This document shows, piece by piece, positions 24,000 to 38,459 of a stretch of 64,000 nucleotides of DNA. Under the pieces are notes generated by a model that saw nothing but the letters and a program-made list of their open reading frames with translations, was not told the DNA's origin and ran no database searches. Position 1 is the stretch's first letter; every line of letters starts with the position of its first letter. A program made the position numbers and the translations under genes. The DNA is from Eledone cirrhosa (taxonomy: Eukaryota), in NCBI GenBank assembly GCA_964016885.1, contig OZ024764.1:20832001-20896000 (forward strand). Direction: 5' to 3'.

Positions 24000-26900
24000 A
24001 TGACCACACTCCTCTCCACGCACTCATCATCTTCTCACTCCTTCTCCACCTTCCATCCCTCCTCTTGCTCAACCCTTACTTCCTCCTCACGCACAGCCCA
24101 CCTAGGTATTCGTTCAACCCGCCGGTGGCCCGATGTTTCGACCGAACTATTACCGGCGATTGCCGATTGCTAAAGTTTAACCTAGTCCACTCTAGGTGGG
24201 GGTGGCATGCGTTGAACGACCAAGAGACCTGCTTGGTGGAACGACTAATGTGACAACCGGTCAGCCTTCGACCTCTCATTCTACACCAACTGCAGCACGC
24301 ACGAGAGGAGCTAACTTGACCCCACTTACCCCTCCTCTCCTTCACGGCAGATTCCGAACGAATCCAACCCGGCCAACCACACCACCCCTACAACTGTTAG
24401 CTCACCACCCAATCTTCGCTTTAGTCCCACCGTTAGAACCACTGTTTTCTCCTTTACTGACTCACTCCCTTCAGCGAATTCCAACGCTGGCCCTCTACTG
24501 CCGGCTGTTGCCAGCCCGCCACCTGATTGCGCCCTCTGTGCCCGCACTAACCAGTACTTAAAGACAATTAAGTCACCTATGCCACGCAAGCTACCACAGA
24601 AGCTGTGTCGGCATCACCAAAGCTCAAGCAAAAAGGCTTCAACACTGGACCTGTCATCGGTGCCACTTCAGCTCTGACTATTCCGTGGGGGTGACCAACA
24701 CTCTACCGACGACTTTCCACAGCCCCCCCCCCCCCCCCCAGGGCTTCACCAAATCAAAGCTCGTTAACCGGACCCTTAAGGGAGCTCGGAACAGCTTTGC
24801 AGGTGCCCTCTCTAATTTACTGAAAAACGTTTGCTCGTCCAACAATAGACTGGCAGAAATTGTTTTTGTTTCCCCTCATCTCTCTTCACGTGCACAATGC
24901 GAACTCGGGTTCCCTCAAGTCCTCTCTCAAGCGGCAGTTCCAGCTGTTTGAGTCCACCCCAACCACGTCTCATCTCAGTTCGTCTCCGAGCTCGGTGTCC
25001 ACCAACAGACAACCGGTAGACCTCAAGCGAGCCGTCAATGCCAAATTCAGCGAATTTGACATTAAAGGGGCTGTCCTCCCTTGCTCCATGCAACTCTGAC
25101 TCTCGTGAGCGACTGAAAGAGAAGCACCCCCAGATGATCAGCAACACTGGCCCGAACCACCAGAATACTTGAGACTGGTTTACACCACCAATATCATCAG
25201 AAAGGCGATTTCATCCTTCCCCGCTGGGTCAGGCGCGGGAATTGACGTCCTTCATCCTCAACACCTCAAGGATGGTATCTCCTTATCGGCCGGTGATGCC
25301 GGACTCGAGCTCTTGGAGAGTCTGACTCAGTTTGTGAATCAGTGAACGTTCTCCCGTTCATCCGCCCACTGTTCTTCGGTGCGAAGCTATTTGGTCTCAC
25401 CAAGCCCAACGGAGACCTGCACCGCATGCGGTTGGCTGCACACCTCGCCGCCTCACTGCAAAGGCGTGATTGCTGTTGGTCTCCAACCCACTGGCGGAGG
25501 AATTTTCCCCCATCCAGCTGTGGGTGGGTACCAGGTTGGGATGTGTGGCTGCTGTCCACGCTGCCAGAGCATTTGCCAACTTGCCCTCCTCATACCCCAA
25601 GGTCATCCTCAAACTTGACCTCAGGAATGCCTTCAACTCCGTCAGCCGCGACATCGTCCTCGGCTCAGTAAGAGAGAGGGTCCCACAACTCTACCACTTT
25701 GCTTGGCAGGCTTATCGGGGGCCCTCCTACCTCTCTTTCAGTGACCAGATCATCACCTCTGCCTCGGGAGTCCAACAGGGTGACCCACTCGGGACCGCCC
25801 CCACACTGGACATTGATGACGTCACCAAGATGGGGGCTGAGTTGGACATCAATGTCTGGTAGCTCGTTTGGGGGGAACTCCGGATATGGTTCTCGCCACT
25901 GCCAACAGGATGGTGGAGGAGCTTGGCGCCTGGGTCTCCAGATCAATAGCTCCAAATGTGAGCTCTGGATCCTCAACCACCCGGCTTCTTAACACCAACA
26001 GCTGATCGACCTGTTCGCAGAGTCCTTCCCTTCCATCACGGTCCCTCCCTCGCCGGCTTGGTGCTCCTTAGGAGCCCCGATCACAGACCTGGCCTTCGAG
26101 TCAACCATCCAATCGAAGATGGTTGGCCTTGAGCAGCTGCTGAGGAATATTGAAGATATCGAACGCCATCAAGGTTTCTTCTTACTCAGGAACTACCTGT
26201 CTATTCCTAAGCTTCTGTATCTGCTCAGGGTCAGCCCCTCTCACAGATTTCCATCCTGCCTCCAACGCTTCGACGACCTAATCTTCGAGAGACTCGAGTG
26301 TCTGGTCAATGTTAGTAAGTGTTCGTCCCTCTCTCTGCCCTGCTTCCTTTCCTCCACCCAAGCTTGCAGCATCCTCTCCTCTCCAACATGGACTAGTTCA
26401 AACAGGGAGTTGTGTAAAGCTCTCCAGCAATGGAGTGAGTTGGGCTTGTCTCTTCCTGAGAAGGTGGAGGACAGTCGAAGTCAGAGAACTTGGGACAGGA
26501 TACGTTGGAATGCCACCTTCGACTCCCTCTTCGTCCTCTCAGATCAGTTTACAAGGTGCCGCTTACCATCTGCCAGTGCCAAATACTCCGGTGACTGGGT
26601 CGATGCCTTACCCGTGGCCAACGTTGGAGGCCTACTCAGCCTGGATGAACTTCGTGTCTCCATCACCCTCAGAGTGGGAGCTGACGTCTGCATGGGTTTG
26701 AGATGTGGCTAACTCCTCCACTCCACAGGCCTCCACGGTCTTTCTTGCCGCCTGAATGCCGGCCACTTTGCCCGTCACACGGAGCTAAACTTTATTCTGA
26801 AGAGAGCTTTGGCCCGGGCAAACATCCCCTCAGTCTTGGAACCATCTGGGTTGTCCAGAAGTGACGGCAAAAGACCTGACGGCCTTACCCTGTGCCCCTG

Positions 26901-27260
26901 GTCGAGAGGCAGGTGCTTAATCTGGGACGTCACTGTTAGTGACTCCTTTGCTCTTTCCCACATCCTTGATGCTGCGGTAAGGACGAGAGCCACAGCTTCG
27001 GCAGCCGAGCGGAGTAAGACCCTCAAATACTCTGATCTGTCAGCCAGCTACATTTTTCAGCCTGTGGCTTTCGAGACGTTTGGGGGAGTCGGGCCGCTGA
27101 CTGCGAGGTTCCTTTCCTCACTGGCGGCTCGCCTTATAGAGGTAACTGGCGAAATTGCAAGGGCGCTTGGCTGTTCCAGCACCTCAGCCTCGCCATCACC
27201 CGATGTAACACTGCCAGTGTGCTGGCTTGCCTCAAAACTCATTAGAGAGGTTTCCCAGTA
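24000..27260 (+). mobile_element. CRE-clade non-LTR retrotransposon (PHD-RT-RLE), frameshifted
   Basis: RT motifs KLDLRNAFNSVSRD and GVQQGDPLG. RLE motifs RH..LN, EP..L...DGKRPDG, WDVT, AAERSK..KY, FQPVAFETFG. Ends are approximate. Confidence 0.88.
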
Positions 27261-28982
27261 CCCCTCGTTGCTGTCTTTTGCTCTGGTGTTGGCTCCGTTG
27301 TCCACCCCTTCCTTTACATTTTCTTTAATATTGCAACATTGAAGGAATTTATCTTTCATTGTATCATCCTTTATAGTGTTACCGAGGCATTTGTAATGTT
27401 ATTTATATATTTAAAACATATTTCTTATGTTATTCTACTGTAAATTTATTTATATGCTCTGTTTATATTTTCATTCTGAAGGAACTTATCCACTTGTGTT
27501 GATATAAGTGATGCTATGACTTTCCTCTAAGCATTGTGTCATTATATATGTTATTATAAACGTGAATAAATTGAATTTATAGTGTGATAATAGGCCACAC
27601 CTCACAACCTAGGGGTTAACTACACACTTTGAGGCAAGCCAACACACTGGCAGCATTACAACGGGTGATGGTGAGGCTAAGGTGCTGAAATAACCAGGTA
27701 CCCTCACGGGTATCACCTGACACCTCAGTAAGGTGAGGCTACGGTGCTGAAATAACCAGGTACCCTCACTGAAATGACTAGATTTGTAGAAAAAGTAGGG
27801 TGAAAGTATACAAAGAGATGTAGTTTCACAGATCTACTCACACCTCACGTTGGGTGAGAATAATTATTTTTCTTAGAATTCTTGCTAGACCCCTTTTCCA
27901 GTATTTTTTCTCTGGACCCCTTAGATACTTGCGATAGACGTTTTATTTCTCAGTATTAGGGTTAGGGTTTCCGTTTTCAGGAAGAAAAGTCGATTGCAAA
28001 CATCTAAGAGTTCGAGAAATAAAATTAAGGAAAGATAATTATTTCCCAGCCAACTGGAGAAGTGTGTAGCTCTTCTTAACTCTGATAATCCTGTCTCCCA
28101 CTTCTTTATCTACAAATCTAGTCGTTTCCTGCTACTTTGTTCCCTGGGGTATGCCATAGTATTTGACACCATCTATCTGTCTTACTCCCTAACTAGCAAG
28201 AAGTCAATATGTCTCATGTGCTCACCTGATTGGTAGGTTATTAGGTGGTTGGTAGGTTTCTTGAAGTGTTGCAAATGGTTAGTTCACTTGCATCACAAAA
28301 TACAAGAAGCGTCACTCCTTCATCGTTTCTTGAGCCATAACCATGACCACCATGTACCCCAGTGTATCCATCCTGGAGCTGTCCAACATGACCATTGAAG
28401 TCCCCTGCTATTATAACTAGGTCTCTGTCATTGTGGTTACCTCTACTTATTCCTTTTCTACATATGGAGCAGGGCCACTTTCCTGAAGGGGTCAGGGTCT
28501 TCTCTCCTATCCATTACCACTTTAGTTTTGGCTAAGTATATTCTCAGAACTTACCATTTCAAATTCTATATCTATAGTTGGTCATCTACATAGAGAAGTT
28601 TCCATAGACAGCCAGTCTTAAACCTCTCTGTTATGTCTTGGAGAACTATGATGAACAACAGTGGGCTAAGAACTAAACCATGATGAACTCCTACTTGTAC
28701 CTTCAATTCCTCACTAGACACACTTTACTGACAGCTTCTCACAAGCCATTCTTCTACACCTAATTTCCTTAACCCTTTAGTATATAAACTGGCCATATCT
28801 GGCCAGAATTCTCCCACATCTTTCTGTTCAAACTGGCCGTAACTGGTCACTTATACTTATGTTAAGGTATTGTTCTCAAAATAAATAACATGAAAATCTC
28901 ATAGATTTGATATTATGAGAGATAAAGCATTTACTGTGATAATGTAATAGTAAATATAGAGTAATGTGAATACTAAAGGGTT

Positions 28983-29787
28983 AATCTGATGTCACTAATA
29001 ACTACTTTTATCAGTCAGTATAATATAATGTCACTAATAACTACTTTTATCAGTCAGTATAATCTAATGTCACTAATAACTACTTTTATCAGTCAGTATA
29101 ATCTAATGTCACTAATAACTACTTTTATCATTCAGTTTAATCTAATGTCACTAATAACTACTTTTATCAGTCAGTTTAATCTAATGTCACTAATAACTAC
29201 TTTTATCAGTCAGTTTAATCTAATGTCACTAATAACTACTTTTATCAGTCAGTATAATCTAATGTCACTAATAACTACTTTTATCAGTCAGTTTAATCTA
29301 ATGTCACTAATAACTACTTTTATCAGTCAGTATAATCTAATGTCACTAATAACTACTTTTATCAGTCAGTTTAATCTAATGTCACTAATAACTACTTTTA
29401 TCAGTCAGTATAATCTAATGTCACTAATAACTACTTTTATCAGTCAGTTTAATCTAATGTCACTAATAACTACTTTTATCAGTCAGTTTAATCTAATGTC
29501 ACTAATAACTACTTTTATCAGTCAGTATAATCTAATGTCACTAATAACTACTTTTATCAGTCAGTTTAATCTAATGTCACTAATAACTACTTTTATCAGT
29601 CAGTATAATCTAATGTCACTAATAACTACTTTTATCAGTCAGTTTAATCTAATGTCACTAATAACTACTTTTATCAGTCAGTTTAATCTACTGCCACTAA
29701 TAACTACTTTTATCAGTCAGTATAATCTAATGTCACTAATAACTACTTTTATCAGTCAGTATAATCTACTGCCACTAATAACTAACC
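28983..29787. repeat. 39-bp minisatellite, ~20 copies
   Basis: Paralog of 11008-11770. Confidence 0.95.
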
Positions 29788-30746
29788 TATGTTAGGCAGC
29801 ACATTCTTCACCAAGGAAGGCCTTAGTATTTATTACAGTCTATTTATCAATATAGAAATATTATATGAAATTTGTACTGATGTATTACAAGTTTCTGAGT
29901 ATCTTATAATGTTCTTTTATTATTTCAGAATACCAGAGGACATTGGCATTAAAGAGCACGTTACATCAGACATATCCTCAACATTAACCATTTCTAATGA
30001 AAGACACTACCCATCATTTTCAAATAATTTTGAAAACACTCAACACTTTGAAGGGATTTAGTAATATAACTAAATTTCTCAGTATTAAGCTGCTATTTGG
30101 AACATAACTTTGCACAATCTCATGAAGTTATAATGGAAAGTTTTTAGATAAATATAAAGACTGGTATGAAAAGGATAAAACACTTTTATATCAGTTGTTT
30201 CATCAACACCATTATTTAAAGACTAAAGGAAGCTGTTATACAGAACAGATACAACCTTGTTTATATAAATCTATGGGAGAATTACTGGAAAATATTTCTT
30301 GTAAACTCAATAACACTTCTATTCTTTGCTGTCTGGAATATGTAGAAGATACAAAATAAAGCAGAAGAAATTTACACATGATTTTGTAAGATCTTCATAT
30401 ATTGACAAAGTTGATAGTAGATGGAACTACAGGAGTAGAAATATTTCCATTATTACAGGAATAACTAATCAAATAAAAACCCGAAAAATTAGATTCTTCA
30501 CTGTCTGGAATATGTACAAGATGATTTTATATGTATATTAAACTTGAAGAGATCTACAAAACAGTTTGTATCATCTTTAAATATAAAGAAAGACCAAAGT
30601 TGATGTAAATATATCTGGAGGAATATGTTTTAGGAATAATATTATAAACATAACGAAGAAAAATATCCATATACTGAGAGGAGAAAAATATTAAAACTGT
30701 GAATTATGTGAGAAACTGAGGTCATTGATATCTTTTAGTGGGAGTT

Positions 30747-31778
30747 ATGTCGAAAAATATAGTAAAATCACCATTCCACTGTGATATCTGTGGTAAATCA
30801 TTCTCTCGTAGTAATCAGCTAACTACTCACAAACGTATTCATACAGGAGAGAAGCCTTATAAGTGTGATATCTGGAACAAATCATTCAGTCACAGTAGTA
30901 GCATCAGAGTTCACAAACAAATTCATACAGGAGAGAAGCCACATCACTGTGACATCTGTAGTAAATCATTCTCTTGCAGATATAGCTTAACTAAACACCA
31001 ACGTATTCATACAGGAGAGAAACTATATCACTGTGATATCTGTGGTAAATCATTCTCTCAGAGTATTCACCTAACTACTCACAAACGTATTCATAGAGGA
31101 GAGAAACCATATCACTGTGATATCTGTGGTAAATCATTCTCTGACAGAAGTAGCTTTGTTAAACACCATCGTATTCATACAGGAGAGAAGCCATATCACT
31201 GTGACATCTGTCGTAAATCATTCTCTGACAGAAGTAACTTTGTTAAACACCATCGTATTCATACAGGAGAGAAACTATATCACTGTGACATCTGTGGTAA
31301 AACATTCTCTAAATATAACAACCTAACTACTCACAAACGTATTCATACAGGAGAGAACCCATATCACTGTGACATTTGTGGTAAATCATTCTCTCATAGT
31401 GGTAACTTAACTATCCACAAACGTACTCATACAGGAGAGAAGCCATATCACTGTGACATCTGTGGTAAATCATTTGCTGATAGAAGTTGCTTAGCTACCC
31501 ACAAACGTACTCATACAGGAGAGAAGCCATATCACTGTGACATCTGTGGTAAATCATTCTCTCATAGTGGTAACTTAACTGTCCACAAACGTACTCATAC
31601 AGGAGAGAAGCCATATCGCTGTGACATCTGTGGTAAATCATTCTCTCATAGTGGTAACTTAACTGTCCACAAACGTACTCATACAGGAGAGAAGCCATAT
31701 CACTGTGACATCTGTGGTAAATCATTCTCTCATAGTGGTAACTTAACCAAGCATGTGCGTATTCATACAGAAGTTTAG
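30747..31778 (+). CDS. C2H2 zinc-finger protein ZNF-2, 343 aa, 12 fingers
   Basis: ATG at 30747 is equivalent to 12721, with the same [11 protein letters not shown] start and HTEV* end. Finger 2 has a C->W change (CDIW). Confidence 0.93.
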   Translation: MSKNIVKSPFHCDICGKSFSRSNQLTTHKRIHTGEKPYKCDIWNKSFSHSSSIRVHKQIHTGEKPHHCDICSKSFSCRYSLTKHQRIHTGEKLYHCDICGKSFSQSIHLTTHKRIHRGEKPYHCDICGKSFSDRSSFVKHHRIHTGEKPYHCDICRKSFSDRSNFVKHHRIHTGEKLYHCDICGKTFSKYNNLTTHKRIHTGENPYHCDICGKSFSHSGNLTIHKRTHTGEKPYHCDICGKSFADRSCLATHKRTHTGEKPYHCDICGKSFSHSGNLTVHKRTHTGEKPYRCDICGKSFSHSGNLTVHKRTHTGEKPYHCDICGKSFSHSGNLTKHVRIHTEV

Positions 31779-32428
31779 CTGTATCAATGTCAAACTCATT
31801 ACATCATCCTACAACAACAATTGTGTAGATCCATCATCCTGGCTAAAACTGGGGTTAACCTTGTAGGTTTTACCTATGACAGGGATCATAAACACCAGGT
31901 TTCCATTTTTGAAGCAGTGTTTGAAGATTTTGTGTAAATTAAAGTTTTTCACATTAAACTTTGATTTATTATACTTTAACAGGTAAGATATATATTTGTA
32001 TTTTTAGTAAAGGTTGGGAACTTCTGTAATTTAAACCTGCCAATAAAATGAAAACTTTTGTTGTTGCTAGTCTGACATTGATATTAATTCTATTGTCCTG
32101 TACATTGTCTCAAATATCACAGATTAAACAGATTTTAACAATAACAACAGAAATCAATAACTTGTAAGCCTAATATCTAGCTTCCATTTTAACTATTTGA
32201 TATTGTTATTCCCCTCCTGTCTCTTCAGGTCTTTTAGATTTCAACTTCTATCTACTGTACTATTCCATCACCAAGGCAACATTCATCTGGCTGGCAGCTT
32301 ACATCAACTACAGATCTCATCAGTGGTTCACAACAGGCTGTCTGAAAGAAACTTCCAGATATCTTCTATGTCATAGCTATCAATCTCCTCCTCCTTATCA
32401 TATGTATCATGTAGAACATCTCTGAATT

Positions 32429-33412
32429 TATATTTAACAGGGAGATCTTTTACTGTCCCTACCCTTTTCTCTAGGTTGTCTTGTACCTCTCTCACTGTCT
32501 CTCTAGATCTTATATTTAACAGGGAGATATTTTACTGTCCCTACCTCTTTCTCTAGGTTGTCTTCTACCTCTCTCACAGTCCCTCTAGATCTTATATTTA
32601 ACAGGGAGATCTTTTACTATCACTACCCTTTTCTCTAGGTTGTCTTGTACCTCTCTCACAGTCCCTCTACATCTTATATTTAACAGGGAGATCTTTTACT
32701 AGCCCTACCCTTTTCTCTAGGTTGTCTTGAGCCTCTCACAGTCCCTCTAGATCTTATATTTAACAGGGAGATCTTTTACTGTCCCTACCCTTTTCTCTAG
32801 GTTGACTTGTACCTCTCTCACAGTCCCTCTTGATCTTATATTTAACAAGGAGATCTTTTACTGTCCCTACCCTTTTCTCTAGGTTGTCTTCTACCTCTCT
32901 CACATTCCCTCTAGATCTTATATATAACAGGGAGATCTTTTACTGTCCCTACCCTTTTCTCTAGGTTATCTTGTACCTCTCTCACAGTCCCTCTAGATCT
33001 TATATTTAACAGGGAGATCTTTTACTGTCCCTACCCTTTTCTCTAGGTTGTCTTCTACCTCTCTCACATTCCCTCTAGATCTTATATTTAACAGGGAGAT
33101 CTTTTACTGTCCCTACCTCTTTCTCTAGGTTGTCTTGTACCACCCTCACAGTCCCTCTAGATCTTATATTTAACAGGGATATCTTTTACTGTCCCTACCC
33201 TTTTCTCTAGAATGTCTCGTATCTCTCTCACAGTCCCTCTAGATCTTATATTTAAAAGGGAGATCTTTTCCTCTCCAACCCTTTTCTCTAGGTCGTCTTG
33301 TACCTCCCTCACAATCCCTGTAGATCTTATATTTAACAGGGAGATCTTCTACTCTCCAACCCTTCTATCTCCAGATTGTCTTGTATCTGTCAGTCCCTCT
33401 AGATCTTACACC
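32429..33412. repeat. 82-bp minisatellite, ~12 copies (about 6 split copies at 14769-16305; ~5 copies at 52760-53168)
   Basis: tatatttaac recurs at 32429, 32511, 32593, 32675 and onward. Confidence 0.93.
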
Positions 33413-34442
33413 TAGTATCTAGTCTATGTTGAGTGGTATGTCCTTCTCCAGTAAAGGAGTTAATATTCCCAACCATCTGTCTATCCTGTTTTCTGATGAG
33501 AATGAAGTCAATCTAGTTTATCTCTTCACCTGATTGAAGTAACTAGATCAAGTAACTAGATGGTTTCCTGTAAGTTAGTGTTGCAGTGTTTGTGTCACCA
33601 TGTAAGGTTTATATCTATTAATATAGAGATGTAGTAAAGTTTTCACTGTTGTATCTCTATTTTCTAAATATCTTAATAATGTTTCTCTACTATTTCAGAA
33701 TATCACATGACCTTGACAGAAAAGAGTCTTTTAAAGACAACAGAAAGATGTTACATACAAGTGATATAACTTTGTTTAGTCTGTGGTGAATTATGTTGAA
33801 ATATTTCTTCTGAATTGAGATAAATAACAACATTTTCCTTTTTCACTGTCTGGAATATTTACAAGATGATTTTACATTCTGATTAAACTTTGGATATTTA
33901 CAAAGGAGTTTTCAAAATATTTGGATATTGACAAAGATCACATTTGGTAAAATTATGAACAATAGAAATATTTACATCAACATAGGAATATTTTCCAGAA
34001 GAGATGGGAAAATCATGATACCACTGTAATATTTGTGGTAAAGTATTCTCTCTTCTTTATATGTAGAACATCTAACTAAACACTTTAATTAACAAACTAT
34101 TGTGCTATAGAATTGACAAACTTGAGCAATGTTTAATAAATGTTACAGTTTTCTCCAAACTGTCGTTTACTAACTTTAATTTGAAGCTATATTATCTATA
34201 TACTACTAAAACTCTGTGATTGTGTCTTGTCCGTAATTTAATACAGCTAAAACAGTGCATAATGGGGAAATACTTTGAAAAGAATAAAACAAGTTTTGTA
34301 TAAAATGGAGCACAGGTTCCCAAGATACGGGGTTTTCTGGGTACCTTCATAAATATAGGGAGAGAAAGAGATAGTGGTTGTGAGAGAGTAGGAGCTGATG
34401 GTGTTGTTAAATAAAATATATATGTGTATATATATATATATA

Positions 34443-37400
34443 CACTCTCTCTAACATATACGTCCCTCTCGCTCTCTCACTCCCTAATATAAATAAGAAT
34501 GTTACGAAGGACAGAACCTCAGAATTTGTCAACCCTTATTAAATGGTCAGTCGATTCTACGAAAATGTAATGTAGTATAGAACATTTTCTTCTTGTCTCC
34601 TTAAAACCTGGTTCATTCATCCATATATATCTACAATCGTTGCTATCCTTGCCCTAAATTAATCTTCTCCACGCTTGTTCTAAATAATCTCTCTCTTTGC
34701 TAACTACCCCATATCCCTCCCTCCCGCCCCCACTCTCCACCTTTACTATTTGGACCAATCACAAGTCAACGGCCTATGCTATCACCACTGGCTGCTTTTC
34801 GATATAATGGATGGACTAAGGAATTTCTGGAGAGTCTGAAGAATCTGGACACTCGATGACAATGCCAAAGATAACGACAAATTCACCTCATGCTGCCGGA
34901 CGAAAGGGCAAGGCCCCCCCCCCTCTTTGTTTCGGCCGCGGATGGCCAACATAACCCCAAACTCATTCCCCTCACCCCTCCCCGCGCCCCATCCTCCAAA
35001 CACAATCCAAAACTTCAGAGTTGGTACCATGAACGTAGGCACCTTAAAAGGCCGCTCTAACGAGGTTGTAGAAATGCCTGAACGTAAGGAGGTTGATGTT
35101 TGCTGTATCCAAGAGACCAGGTGGAGGGGCGGGTCTGCTAGATTCATTGTGGGTAAAAAACGTTGCTATAAGCTTTTCTGGGTGGGGAATGACAATGGGA
35201 TAGGTGGGGTAGGAATCATGTTAGCAGAAAAATGGGTGGATAAGATAATAGATGTAAATAGAGTGAATGACAGAATAATTAAAATAAGACTTGTTCTAAA
35301 CAGAACTACTGTGACAGTAATATCTGCATACGCGCCCCAATCCGGACTGCCTGGCGCTATAAAAGACAGATTCTATGAGACACTGATGCTCACTACCTCC
35401 CAAATAACCGACAGTGACTATATAATTATTGCTGCCGACCTAAATGGCCACGTTGGACAACATTGTGACGGCTATGACGGAATCCACGGAGGCTATGGGT
35501 TTGGTACTAGAAACGAGGAAGGCTCCAGAATCCTAGAATTCTGTGATGCAAATAACCTAACTATCTGTAACACTAACTTCAAAAAACGAGACAATCACTT
35601 GATCACCTACAGATCAGGGGAACATACCAGCCAGGTAGATTATATCCTTACCAGAAGACGTGACAGAGTATCTGTTGTAAACACTAAATGCCTCCCCCAT
35701 GAAGAATGCACCTCCCAACATAGACTGATAATTAGCGACCTCATAGTCAGGACGAGACTACTAGACAGCAGAAGAGGACTATCCTCAGGAGAAAAATATG
35801 GAAGCTATAGGATCCCACAGCCAGAAATAAATTTCAAAGCATATTACTTGATGCTTTCGACAGTAAGGAAGAGCAATTAGAGTCGTACAAGGTAGAGGAA
35901 CAGTGGGAATTCCTGAAAGCAAACCTGCTGATGGCGGCAGACGAAGTCTGTGGCTGGAGCAGGCCTGTAGGCAGGAGGAGAGTAACATGGTGGTGGAACA
36001 GTAAGGTGGAGGGGTCAATTAAGGCCAAAAAGCAGGCTTGGAAAGCATGGGGGAAGTAGAGAAGACTATCAAGTGGCCAGGAGGGAAGCTAGGAGACAAG
36101 TGTACTTCGCAAGAAGGGAAGCAGAGGAAAGAAAGTTCAAGCATGTTCTACAACGCGAGGACCAAAAACGTGAGGTGTTCAGGATTGCTAGGCAATGTGT
36201 CAAGGAAAACCGTGATATTGGTCAGGGAGAAGTGTGTACTTAATGATGACGGCGTACTTGCCATCACTGACGCTGATAAGAAGGTAGCTTGGATGTGTCA
36301 CTACGAAAGGCTACTAAATGAGGAGAATAAATGGGAGAAAGACAGTCTCCCCCACATCGACCCAATAGAGGGACCAGCAGTGTTAGTCGAAAGTAGTATA
36401 ATAAGTAAGGCAATCAAAGATATGAAGACGGGTAAGGCGGCTGGGCCTTCGGAAATAGTTGCTGAGAAGCTGAAAGCCTCTGGTACGGTGGGACACACCA
36501 TGGTCACCCAGATAGTAAACCAAGTCATACAGAATGGGGTTGTTCCGAAGGACTGGCATAGCAGCATCATCGTTAACTGTTACAAGGGTAAAGGAGACGC
36601 CCTAGATATGAGTAACTATAGAGGCCTTAAATTAATCGACCAGGTCATGAAGGTCACGGAAAAAGTAATAGCGCAACTAATCAGAGAGAATTGATCTAGA
36701 TGAAATGCAGTTTGGGTTTGTGTCAGGCAAAAGTACCACATACACTCTTTTCATTGTACGACAACTACAGGAGAAGTACCTAGCTAAAAGTAAACCCCTA
36801 TACTTAGCTTTTGTCGACTTGGAGAAAGCCTTCGACAGAGTCCCCCGTTCCATTATCTGGTGGGCTCTTAGAAAACTAGGTGAGAGCTATACAAGCCATG
36901 TATAAAGAAACAGTCAGCAAGGTTAGAATTAACAACGAATATAGTGAAGAGTTTAGCGTAAAAGTTGGTGTCCATCAGGGCTCTGTTCTTAGCCCCCTAC
37001 TATTTATTATTGCCTTCAGGCTATAACAGAGGAGTTCAAGACCGGCTGCCCATGGGAACTCCTATACGCAGATGATCTAACGCTCATAGCTGAATCAATG
37101 CCCGAGCTAGAGAAGAAATTCCAAACATGGAAGCACGGCCTAGAATCAAAAGGCCTTAAAATTAACCTGGCTAAGACTAAAGTTCTAGTTTGTAGGAAAG
37201 AAAATAAGGCGCTGGTCCCTTCCGGGAAATGGCCATGCTCAGTGTGTAGGAAAGGCGTAGGTAGAAACTCCATTTTATGTCCCAAATGCAAAGTATGGGT
37301 GCATAAAAGATGTTGTGGGATCACAGGTAAGCTAACTAAGAACACAGATTTTACATGTGGCCGGTGCTCTGGTGCAATAAGTAGCAGCAAGTGCCCACAA

Positions 37401-38404
37401 AATACTAGCTCTATCAATTGCGCAGAGGGTTCTATAGAAATAGTGGACAGCTTCCGTTACCTGGGTGACAAGATCAGCAGTGGGGGAGGGTGCTCTGAAA
37501 GTAGAGTAGCTAGAGTCAGAACTGGATGGAAAAAGTTCAGAGAGCTTATACCACTATTAGCCGCTAAAGGGTTCTCCCTAAAAATGAAAGGCAGGTTGTA
37601 TGATGCCTGCATACGAACAGCAATGTTGCATGGCAGTGAGACCTGGGCATTGTGTGCAGAGGATATACGCAGACTAGAGAGGAACGAAGCTTGCATGCTC
37701 CGCTGGATGTGTAATAGTAATATACGTGAACAGCAAAGCATAAATGAACTAAGGAAAAAATTAGAAATAAGAGGGATCAGATGTTGTTTACTCGAGAGAA
37801 GACTACGTTGGTATGGTCTCGTGATGCGCATGAAAGACGACAGCTGTATAACAAAGTGCAGGGCAATAAAGATAGATGGTAGCCACGGAGTAGGCAGACC
37901 CAGAAAAACCTGGGACGAGCTGATAAATTCCGAGCTCACACACTTACACCTCTCCAAGCCAATGTCACTGGACCGAGACCTTTGGCGGTACTCAGTAACA
38001 GAGAAGACCCGCCTTACCTAAATACAAAGTAAAACCTACTACAGTCAGTAGGCATCTCTAACAAAATACACCCCCATCCCACCACCCCCACCCCATCCAC
38101 ACCGCCCCTTTCAATGTAAAGTTATGTTGGTGCCACAACATCCAGGCCGAAACAAATGAGGTCGTGTAGGTGTCACGACAAAAAACACACAGTCCACGCT
38201 GTAATGTGGCCGTGTAGGCAACACGGTAAAAGCCTCCCAGTCCCACACTGTAAATGTGGTTGGTGTTAGGAAGGGCATCCAGCCATAGAAAACCCGCCAG
38301 ACAGTCTTATGCGAGCAAGACAACCACTCTTGCCTCAAGTGGGAAAACTCCCGTCCATACCCATGCAAGCGTGGAACATGGACATTAAACGATGATGATG
38401 ATGA
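34443..38404 (+). mobile_element. Near full-length RTE-clade LINE (APE-RT with an inserted PHD-type finger), ORF ~34942-38021 with several frameshifts
   Basis: APE motifs GTMNVGTL, CIQETRW, SAYAPQ, ADLNGHVG, SQVDY. RT motifs FVDLEKAFDRVP, GVHQGSVLSP, YADD. (GAT)n tail. Empty sites at ~17340 and ~54205. Confidence 0.95.
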
Positions 38405-38459
38405 TATATATATATATATACGTATGTGCATATATACGTATCTGTATATATATATACGT

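Noticed and set aside
28989-29795. (MSLITTFISQFNL)n ORF as a real protein
   Set aside because: Translation of a 39-bp minisatellite. The unit-1 copy is frameshifted, and the sequence is antisense RTE debris.
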